NCBI RefSeq assembly: GCF_011386835.1
Contig: NC_088797.1
Coordinates: 109,306,001 to 109,370,000, forward strand
Length of the DNA: 64,000 bases
Source: Chrysemys picta bellii
Lineage: Eukaryota
Direction: 5' to 3'
Shown: in pieces, positions 1 through 9,878 of the stretch
How the letters are laid out: each line of letters starts with the position of its first letter
Numbering within the stretch: position 1 is the stretch's first letter
Program-made: the position numbers and the translations under genes
Notes under the pieces: model-generated
Seen by the model: the letters and a program-made list of their open reading frames with translations, nothing else
Told to the model about the DNA's origin: nothing
Database searches by the model: none

Positions 1-535
1 ACAGTAAAGAAGGCGACGGGAGTCTGAGGGGTGAAGGTGCCCCCATGCTCTTTCTTGTCCCCTGTGTATGTTGAACTGCAGATTTGCCTTGTGTCCCTCT
101 TGCTGTCTCAAGGACCTTGTTTATTACTTATATGTAAATAGAGGTAAACACACATTCCTTTGTTTAAGATAGATCTGCTTGACCACTCCTGCCTGATCGG
201 AGCTAACCAGGGTTTGAACATGTGCTACCAATATTGTTTAGGGGGAAGCCATAACTTTACGTATAATGTCTCTACATACATTTTCACCATGATATTATTG
301 ACCTGCACATTATTAGTTTTCCAGTGATACCTCGCAAGGCATATTTTGTACAAACATTATTACAATGGTGTATAGGGGCTGTGGGCAGGAAAAGAGACGG
401 GGCATAAATGGGAAGTGGCTGTTTCCCAGCCTATGAAATAGATTAGGTACAGTGGAGAGGCTGCATTGAAGTTCTATATCCTTTTCACAGTCTGGGGGGG
501 TTAATTTCATTCCCTCTCCATACAGCCTTCTAACA
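1..535 (-). mobile_element. LTR fragment (Gypsy/ERV-like LTR 5' end; continues beyond the window start)
   Basis: The minus strand begins TGTTAG at 535. It contains TGCGAGGTATCACTGGAAA, which resembles TGCGAGATATCATAGGAAA in the TG-starting fragment at 37159-37270. Family assignment is from memory. Confidence 0.45.
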
Positions 536-679
536 AAAATCAAATAATTGACCAGAGTGGGGGGAATGAATTTCACGCTGAATATCAAATATGTGACTTT
601 CAGTGCAATACCTTGTCACTTTCACACCCAATTCCTGAGCAATGTGGAATTTACACCACTGCTGAATCTAGCATCCGCA

Positions 680-830
680 TCCTCTTTGCTGAAGCTGCCA
701 GCAAGGATGCTGATTATAATGGTGGATTTTGGGATGAGGATGCTTGCCTATTAACCCGTACTGAGACCACCAACCCATTTCACATATGGCAACAGAGAGG
801 CAGCTGTCACATGATACTGAGCAGGTGTTG
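680..830 (-). mobile_element. LF-SINE-like ancient SINE, core fragment
   Basis: The minus strand reads GCCATATGTGAAATGGGTTGGTGGTCTCAG...ATCCTTGCTGGCAGCTTCAGCAAAGAGG. This matches the recalled LF-SINE core (CTATGTGAAATGAGTTGGTGGTCTCAG...CCCTTGTTGGCAGTCTCAGCAGAGAGG). Confidence 0.6.
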
Positions 831-876
831 AGGAGTAGAGCATATGAAGATAGCTTTAAGGCCCATCTGGTTCTGA

Positions 877-1121
877 GGAGATGTCTACACTACAGCAGCT
901 GAGCCACGGTAGCCCAGACCCTTCCTACATGGACAGAAGAGAGGGCGGTTTTCCATTAATGTAGTTAATCCACCTCTCTGAGAGACTGTAGGCAAGTCAA
1001 CAGAAGAATTTTCTGTCACCTTACCCACGTCTGCACCAACTACGCTTCTCAGGGTGCAAACATTTTCATAACCCTCAATGACGTAGCTAGGTCAATTTAA
1101 TATTTTAGTGTAGGCCAGGCC
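877..1121 (+). mobile_element. Non-autonomous PIF/Harbinger-type MITE
   Basis: Termini are ATGTCTACACTA and TAGTGTAGGCCAGGCC. The interior is shared, in opposite orientation, with 28643-28924. Confidence 0.7.
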
Positions 1122-1876
1122 AGAGTTAGGTTGATTCGTGTAGTTAATCAGACCCAATTCAGGGCTGCTCTCATTTATACCTATGACCTTGATCCTGCAA
1201 GCTAGTCTACATGAACAGACCTCTAAGCCTTTCGGTATGGCTCTACACAGGCGTAATGGTCCGCTTGTTTGGCTCAGCTTGCGGGATCAGCTGGTATCTG
1301 GTGAGGATACCAGGGCTAACTGTTTTTATATAAAGTGTCCTGGAGATTTAATGAACCCAAGTGGTTTTTAGGTCTCATTTGAAAGGTTGAAACAATCCAC
1401 ATACTAGTGTTGTATGTGGAACATCTATTCACACACCCTTATATTACTTATCACCAGAGCAGATCTGCTTTCTCCATTCATTGCCACTGCTCTTGGACTA
1501 CATACTTTTAGGGGTCAGATGTTCAGTAAAGAACTAGCCAGTTGCAGTAAGGAAAAAATGCATTTTAATAGCACATCTAACCAATCATAGGCCTTGATCC
1601 TGCAAAGACCTATACATGAGCCTAACTTTAAGCATTCGCATAAGTCTGCAGAATCAGGGCCATGTTTATGTATGTTTTGTACAGTTTCTAAGCTAACTCT
1701 GCAGACCACATATTTGGCGCACAACTTGTGTATCTTAAATGTCAGAACATGGGCACATTTGTTTTCTGTAACAATTATATACAGATAAATATTTTTTAGA
1801 TAAAGATTGCTATGCAAATAGTTACCGCCATGTTTCTACAAGTTCACATAGGAACAAATGAACACTCTGAGTAAGT

Positions 1877-1981
1877 TTCCCAGACCTGAAGAAGAGCTCA
1901 CTGTTAGCGCAAAAGCTTGTCTCTCTCACCAACAGAAGTTGGTCCAATAAAAGATATTACCTCACCCACCTTGTCTCTCTT
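1877..1981 (+). mobile_element. Penelope-like element pseudo-LTR fragment carrying a degenerate minimal hammerhead ribozyme
   Basis: AGAC-CTGAAGA-A-GAGC-loop-GCGC-AAAA-GCTT-GTCT is followed by CAATAAAAGATATTACCTCACCCACCTTGTCTC. The same tail occurs at 53641-53672. Confidence 0.7.
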
Positions 1982-3934
1982 ACGACTAAACAGGCAGATG
2001 TTGCTATTTTCAAATTATTTATCAAAATGTTGTTAAGCTCAGTCTTTCTTTCTGGTTAGATTGTTATGCCACATATTTACATTTTAAAAATTATTCTAAT
2101 TGTGAATAATGATATAAAGTATTTTATCCCAGGCATTCAGATACTAAGGCTATTAATGTGGTATAAAAACTTAAACAGCCTAGATAGATACAGAATTAGT
2201 GTCCTCTTCAAAAGCACATTGATTTGCACACATGTATGTTAAGCCACAGAAAAGTTGACTACAGCCTCCAATTTCCTAGATGAACAACCATTAGTGTAAT
2301 ATGTCTACATTCTGTGTTTTTTTGGTTCTTAAAACTCCCAGAATTGTTTTTCCTTCTTCTTATTAAATCTTACTCAAAACAAACCAGAAAATATTATTGT
2401 TAACATTCACCAGTGAAGGTGAATTATTCTATAAAATTGTCAGTGGATCAGAAAGCACGCTCAGACTGCTCTATTTTAAATTGCAAACCGGGTTTATAAT
2501 ATCTTATGGAGAAAATACTAGATTCTCCAAGTTTGCCAAAAACACCTGTGATTTTAAAAAAAAAAATGCAGCTTAACAAATATCCTGAATCTCTGCGTTA
2601 CTTATGGCAACTGGAGCTGAATAAAAGTGATTTTTATTTCCTTACAAAATGTATCTCACTTCTTTTTAATGGTAATATGTTTCCACAAAATGGTTCTCTC
2701 CATGTAGATAGGGAGAAGCCATAGAGACACCACACAAATAGCTCTTTTGATATTCTTTCTGATAAGGCCACCCTTTTACCACACAAAAATTAAGTTTGGT
2801 CGGCACATTATAATGTCCATGTGTTTGACCATTGAACGCCCTGTGTAGCCATTAGAAATAAAAGAAAAATCAATAGGGTTTCATTAAAACAGCAGGCAAT
2901 CAGGGCTAAGGCACTAGCTTAATTACAGTTTCAGTAGCGTTTGCTTTAATTGGAAAGAATAAAAGAAGTGAAGTGGAGTGAATGAAGAAATTAGCATATC
3001 TATCACTGTTGTCACATTGTACCGTGGCCTTAAAGCACTGTTTGCTCTTTAGTATCTCTGAAGCTGTGTGAAGCCCTGAAAAAAATATGAAAAAGGCAAT
3101 TAGCAAATAATCAGACTGCACCTTTGTAAAATTCTAATTAAAGTCCTTTATAATGCTGGAAATGTATTTTTTATCTTTATTAGATACACAGGATATAATT
3201 TACAACATGTTTGTTAATTTTATTTCTTTGGCATAATGCATATATATTTGGCATAATGCCTTAATTCATATATAATGAATACAGTAGTAAAGTCTTTGTA
3301 CTATATGTTAATACTCTGCATTGGGAAAGGCCTCTCAGGCTACTGTCACACATCAAGTCCTCTTCATAAAGAAGTGACTCGTGGACCAACATGGAAGGCT
3401 TCCCTGGATGCGGGGCACTCTCTAGTCAATCAAAGATGCAAAGCAAGGACTGAGTTATGCCACGTGGAGAGAGGACACCTGAACACACAAGATCCTGGTA
3501 GCCTGAATATACATGAACCACACACAATGGGCTCACAAGGACGTATCCAGATTTGTACTGCTGCCAGGAAGGATGGGCTGGGATGGTTCAATGGCCCAAC
3601 CACCTGCCATTAGCCACATCAGCTGGTGGGGTGCATGCTGCAGTGTGACTTCATAACACCTTGCATAATATAGAGCCAAGCTCCATGGTGGCTCTTGGCA
3701 CAACTCCCATTGACTTCAATGGGTGCTGGATCTCGACTTTGGTGAACTACTCATCTTGTTGAGGCTGCCGCTATTGCTATTTTCCCACCATTTTATTTAT
3801 TGATAGAACTGATATGAGCTCCATGTACAATATGCCTTGCGAGTGATTCTGTTCGTAGGGTTATAGGACATGTACATTAAAAAGCTGCAGCTATCAGGGA
3901 ATCTGCTTGGTGAATACTTGGTGAACACTTCTTG

Positions 3935-4105
3935 CCTGAGCTAAGATTGGGAGTCAAGGGACATGGAGGTCTGTTTTTTGATCTGACCTTGACCTGCTGA
4001 ATGACCTTGGGCAAGTCACTTGACCTCCGTTTCCTCATCTCTAAAATGGGGTTGATAATGCTTTACCCACCTTTGTAAAGAATTTCAAGATCTACAGATG
4101 AAGAG
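3935..4105 (+). mobile_element. CORE-SINE (MIR-like)
   Basis: Core motif TGACCTTGGGCAAGTCACTTGACCTC...TTTCCTCATCTCTAAAATGGGG. Confidence 0.7.
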
Positions 4106-5342
4106 CCAGGTTTCAATCTCACTTATACTGGTGTAAATCAGAACTAGCTCCATTAACATCACAGAGTTACAGTGGTGTAGAACTGGTGTAAGTGAGATCA
4201 GAATTAGGCCCAAACAGTTATAAAGATGTGCCAATTTATTTTTTATTACTTAGTATTATTATTAACTATTCATATTGAAGAACTAAATTGTTCACAAACA
4301 AATCATGATTCCCATGGACTGATTTGCTACTTGAAATTATGCAATGACTATTTTGGGGAAAACACATTTCAGACTATGGATTGCTGATGAAAAAATTGCT
4401 AGAACTATTTATTTGAATATTTCAACAAGTACTCTGTTCCACTGTGTTGCATGATTGGGTGCCTTAGTCACATGATATTTTTTCTGTTCTCTTGTTGGAT
4501 AAGTGCTGCTTCAATTATGGGGCGGGGAGGGGGGCATGAATAAACCACTAGCACTTTGAGTCTGTAGAGCAAGTAAGGGAGCAGTTGATGGAGAGATTAG
4601 GAGATAAACTGCCAAGATTACAGAATTTTAGAACATTTTATCTTTTATTTTCTGGACCACATATGTCATACATGGAACATTACTGCTTGATAAGGGATCA
4701 AATTATAAATTAGTTTTCTCTCATTACATTACATAAAACCTCATTACATTGTGTAAGAGAGAGAATCTGTGTGTGTGTGTGTTTACACACATCCAGACAT
4801 ATATATGCTGTATATATATTACTCATCAAGAAGATCAAGTGCTCTTACTAAATTTACAGGTCTCTGATTTTTTGTAATCCATCAACATACACCACATTCA
4901 GTGTCACAAACAATTTAGCTACTATGAGCTTGGTCATAGCTATGATTTCTGCCACCATTCATACATGTCCATCTTGTTTGATTGATTTCTTCAGTCAGAA
5001 ATCTGGCTAGCACTGGGGGGTATTCTGTCCCACTGGCTTGTAATATAAAACTAGTGTTCCATCACCTGTACAAAATAGATAAGATAGATGTCAAAAGCAC
5101 TGATTGCATTTCTCTAATTTTCTGGGGTCTACCACAATCATATCTGTGAGGAGCAATCACGTTATTTTTGTCCATCTTGTTTGTTTAATTGCTATAGGGC
5201 TTAGGCAGTCAAGGTGGTAGCCCTTTTGGAGACAAGGTTGTTTATACTTGTAGAATTTAAGGCTGTGTCTGCATGCTAATACACTCTTCCCAGGTCTCTC
5301 CTATGTTTGCATGAGTAGTCACAAGAGGGTTGCTTTCCACAG

Positions 5343-5453
5343 ACATTCGTGTGAACAAACTTTGCTTTAATTTTGAATATCGAGTATTTCCCCAAACCAC
5401 TGACAAACAAACTTACAGTGTAAAGGTCATATTGCCAGATGGCATGAAACAAT
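5343..5453 (+). CDS. Candidate internal coding exon of an unidentified gene: (D)IRVNKLCFNFEYRVFPQTTDKQTYSVKVILPDGMKQ
   Basis: Acceptor ttgctttccacAG and donor GTAAGT enclose 111 nt (a multiple of 3, phase 1-1), with only one frame open. The polypyrimidine tract is short, no partner exon was found and I do not recognise the protein. Confidence 0.3.
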
Positions 5454-6219
5454 GTAAGTCCATTGAACTCCATCCTGCAGCACCTGAGAATATTGCCTCT
5501 AAGAATTGTTCGCAGAAACTATTCAGAGAATGATTCTAAATAACCGATTAATTCAAGAAAACCACCATGTGATAGCAGACAATTTCTAAACAAAAAATCA
5601 GTGAAATTAATTGAAGACATTTTTCATAACAAATTATTCACCCAATTGGTTTTTACTCGTAAATTTCTTTGTGTTTTAACTGTGACCTCATGTTACTGTG
5701 AGAGCATAGGTTCCTTTGCTGCATAACTTGCATCTAAGTCCTTTGTATATAAAATAATTGCACAAAGAACACATTAGAGCTTTGGGCTTTTTTTTTTTTT
5801 TTAAATCTGTGGTAGAATTCATACAAAACTATATGAGAGATACTGGTGAGATCCTACCTAGGTAGTTGGTATCTTTATTAATGAGCAGATAAAAATTCAT
5901 TTACTTGAGAAACCTACATAATGCCAAAGCTGGCTTATTCTCACTAACATCAATTCCAAAGGAATTTTAAAATATTTTTATGTTGATTTATCTTTTCATT
6001 TTTGTAATATACTTTATTTTTGAACTTCTCCTTTGTAATACTCATTATAAATGTAAAAAAGTAGCTTGATCATAAATACAACAAACTGTATTCCAGCTTC
6101 CAGCTCTATTGAAGTTCAGTAAAAAAAAAATCCCTTGTTTATAGAAGAGACTATGTATTTCCTAATTTGGCAAGGCCTTTTAGCACATGTCTAACTTTTA
6201 GAAAGTGATTTGTCTCACA

Positions 6220-6730
6220 GGGAGTAATTTTAAAAAGCACTTAGATAATGTAGAGGCCTACGTCCCATTTTCAAAAGTGACATGCCCAGATTTTTAAAAT
6301 ATTTAGGCCTTGCACAACTCATTGTTGCAAAGCCTAAGTCATTTGGGCAGCTAAGTGTCATTTTCAACAGTTAGCAATTAGGTCCAGATCCTCAGAGGTA
6401 ATTAAGTGCTTAACTCCCACTTAACTCAAAGGAAGTTAGTCATAAAGAGAATCTGGATGTTAGGGCCAGACGTTTAAAAATGACTTTACCCTGGTGCATA
6501 TACTTCATTGACTTCAGTGGGAGTTAGGCACCTAGGAGCTTTTGAAAATCCCACTAGATGTTTGCTCTGAATCTTTAGGCACCCAGAATATCTTTAAAAA
6601 TCTGGACCTTAAGAATCTAAATCCCACTGAAATCAATGGGAATTAGATGCTTAAATACTTTCGAGGGTCTGGGCCTAAGAACCTGTCACTTTTGAAAGTA
6701 GCTTAAAAATGTGCTTTTGAAAATGTTGCC
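6220..6730. mobile_element. Stack of nested short non-autonomous DNA elements (GGGCCAGATTTT...AAAATCTGGCCC type)
   Basis: Four opening termini (6220, 6283, 6381, 6463) and four closing termini (about 6459, 6608, 6675, 6730), with TAGGCACCTA and CCCATTGA cores. Confidence 0.6.
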
Positions 6731-7609
6731 AATTGATTTGTGAATTACCTTGCTGAAGAGTGGGTAAAAGTGATTGATAAAGAAGGAAATGTATTAAAAA
6801 TATTGACCGACATATTTATGGACAGATATTTGTTTTGTTAGGTGGTTTCCAGAATTTGTAGAAGTTCTCATTTGTTTTCTTCGAACAAATAACAGGCCTA
6901 ATGGATACCATTTCCTGCAGCAGGAGTATTCTGCATTCTTGAATCTTGTATTCTTTTTTTCTCTCCCCCACTATGAGAAAAAATGACAAAATAATGTCGC
7001 TTGTTGAGCAGATGCTGTCTAGTTTTGCCTCTGCTTCTCACAAGCGCTTCACATTCATGGTGACATGAATGTGAAAACATGAAATCAGCTCTTAACAAAG
7101 AAGATATAAAAAGACAGTTTAGGAGACAAATGTTTTGATAAATTACTACAAACAAAAGTGATTGGAATTAATTGTGGGTTTGATATTGTTTTAAATACAG
7201 TTTTATAAAGCTTCCTCTTACACAACTACTATTTAATTAACTATTTAAAGTGACCATATCTGCCTTTTCACCAGAGGATTCTTGAAAGACAGAAATATAT
7301 TTATGGAGTGGAAACACAATTTGCAAATGAACTTTCATATACACAAACAAATGCCTCAAACCAGCTTGACAGTACGTGATAACTCTATTTGTAATCAAAG
7401 GTTAAAGTATACTTAAACCAGTTTAGCAGTTAAAAACAATTTTAATTGAAAATATACATTTGTAATTGCAAATGGAAAGATTTCCTGTAATAGCAGCAAC
7501 AGACCCATTTTCTAATAAGATGAACAATACAGTTGATGACTGAAGCATCTGTATATAGTTACATACAGCATTTCTGTACTGCAGGCTGCCAATTTATTTC
7601 AGCAGTGAA

Positions 7610-7949
7610 NNNNNNNNNNNNNNNNNNNNNNNNNNNNNNNNNNNNNNNNNNNNNNNNNNNNNNNNNNNNNNNNNNNNNNNNNNNNNNNNNNNNNNNNNNN
7701 NNNNNNNNNNNNNNNNNNNNNNNNNNNNNNNNNNNNNNNNNNNNNNNNNNNNNNNNNNNNNNNNNNNNNNNNNNNNNNNNNNNNNNNNNNNNNNNNNNNN
7801 NNNNNNNNNNNNNNNNNNNNNNNNNNNNNNNNNNNNNNNNNNNNNNNNNNNNNNNNNNNNNNNNNNNNNNNNNNNNNNNNNNNNNNNNNNNNNNNNNNNN
7901 NNNNNNNNNNNNNNNNNNNNNNNNNNNNNNNNNNNNNNNNNNNNNNNNN
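7610..7949. other. Assembly gap (340 N)
   Basis: Run of N. Confidence 1.
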
Positions 7950-8793
7950 TAAAATAGGGACTTCGTCAATGGATGTAAATGGTAATTGTTGGAGCTCTAA
8001 TGGCTTCCTGTTGGCTATGTCATGCACTGGGCACAGCTATTTTAAAGTTAACCAGTGCTTGAGGTCATACTTTTACAGATTCAGTCATTAAATAGGGCTA
8101 GACATGTCACTAAATGGCTGATTATTCAAATGATGAGGCTGCTCAAAAGTTATCCATGTCTTATTTTGGACACGGTTTGGGTGTTTTTTGGAGGGTGGGG
8201 AGGTACAGTTTAAATAAAATAAAGATGAAATGAATTCACGTATAAGTCAATAGTAGCATCCGTTTGGGTCTCATTTGTTTGGATGCCAGATTCGGCTTTA
8301 TTTCAGTCTGTATTGGTTAGTTAAATGATCCGTATCAGACTTTTTTTTTTTGAACAAATAGTTTTATATATCAGCATTGTAGTCTCTAAATAAATTATCA
8401 TATATGGAGGTGATATTTGTGTGCTACATTGCACAGTTTACAAGTATGTGATAGATTTATCATACATTTATGCAATTTATCACATTCCTGTGACCATATC
8501 ACTTGCCTACTAATTCATTTCCCCAGGACCCTGACTCACATATCATAGGAGCCCTTGAAATACAGTGTTGGAATTAACAAAAACAAACGATGCAGAAATA
8601 AAATGACCCCCATTATGTCTAAGAGGTCAGCCATTAGTGTTGGTTTAGCATCATTTTAGTGATATACTGAAAGAAGTCAAATATGGAGTTTCTTGAAGAA
8701 CATTTCTTCCAAAAGGTAAGGGAAAAAACACCTGCTCGGTAATCATCTAATCATTGTTTCATTTGCATCTAGATATTATGAATAGGTAATGTA

Positions 8794-8966
8794 CACCTCT
8801 ACCCCGATATAATATGAATTCGGATATAATGCAGTAAAGCAGCACTCCAGGGGGCCGGGGCTGCGCGCTCCAGCGGATTAAAGCAAGTTCGATATAACAC
8901 TGTTTCACCTATAACGCGGTAAGATTTTTTGGTTCTCAAGGACAGCATTATATCGGGGTAGAGGTG
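8794..8966. mobile_element. Tc1/mariner (pogo/Tigger-like) MITE
   Basis: Perfect 19-bp TIRs CACCTCTACCCCGATATAA / TTATATCGGGGTAGAGGTG, with a TA TSD on both sides (8792-8793, 8967-8968). Confidence 0.9.
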
Positions 8967-9621
8967 TATTTATTCATTTATTTTTGTTTATAACTAATAT
9001 TTTAATAGCACCAGCTCTGGGCTCTAGCCATCTTTTAACCAATGAAAATACAACGACATAAAGATAAAATCAGCAGCTTCCATATAAAGCCAGAAGAGAA
9101 GAAATAACCAACCAGAGAAATCAACCCCAAACAACACCCCAGCACACTACTAATACTAACCATTCTGGCACATGCTTTCCCTGTGAAAGTGCAAGAAAGA
9201 GATGTGCCTTGGCCTGTGCTGTGCCCTAAGGTCAATGCATTGTGGGTGAACTCAGAACCAAAGTAAGAAAAGTGAATTCCAAAGCCTCTCACAGAACGCC
9301 CATCCGGCAACCCCCCTCTCTTTTATCCTAAGGCTGCTCAAGCACCGCCACTGACTGTGGGGAAAGTGGAGTCTCTCATGTTCTGAGCCATTTAGGGCTT
9401 TATAAATCAAGACGACCACGTTGAACTCCACCCAGAAAGCAACAGTCCAGTCCTGATCTCAGAGAACTGGTATCATGCGCTACAGGAGAGATACACCAGG
9501 GAAACAACAACAAGCTGTGTTGTCTGCACCAGCTTTAGTTTCTGGGTAAATTACACAGAGCTTTGCAGAACAGAGATAAGACCTGTCCCTGGCCCCAGAA
9601 AGCTTACATAAGACAACACAT

Positions 9622-9878
9622 GGATCGGCGGGTAGTGTTCGATGTATCGGGGATCGATTTATTGTGTCTCGTCAAGATGCAATAAATTGATCCCTGAATC
9701 GATGCCTGTACGCCACCTCGGCAGGAGGAGTAAGCGGAGTCGACGGGGGAGCCGCGGCAGTCGACTCGCCGCAGTGGGGACGGCCAGGTAAGTCGAACTA
9801 AGATACTTCTTGTAGCTGAAGTTGCACATCTTAGTTCGAAACACCTCCACCCCCACCCCTGCTAGTATAGCCCAGGCC
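9622..9878. mobile_element. Harbinger-type MITE, CpG-rich, left TIR missing
   Basis: The right end is TAGTATAGCCCAGGCC. There is an internal hairpin GGGATCGATTTATTG...CAATAAATTGATCCC and many retained CpGs. Confidence 0.7.

Noticed and set aside
548-831. Overlapping + strand ORFs (68 and 72 aa) that look protein-like
   Set aside because: They lie antisense to an LF-SINE-like core, have no splice signals and match no recognisable protein.
5343-5453. Resemblance of the exon candidate to PCCA (DIRINGWAVECRVY) or MAP2K5 (AVKVILLD)
   Set aside because: Identity is far too low for orthologues of these conserved genes, so no symbol is assigned.
6220-6730. Short palindromic repeats with spacers, superficially CRISPR-like
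   Set aside because: The repeats are inverted, of variable length and irregularly spaced. There are no cas genes and the context is vertebrate, so nested MITEs explain them.
7533-8027. ORFs of 136-142 aa in the ORF track
   Set aside because: Artefacts of translating through the N gap.
8661-8716. AG…GTAAGG-bounded 56-nt segment
   Set aside because: Stops in all three frames.
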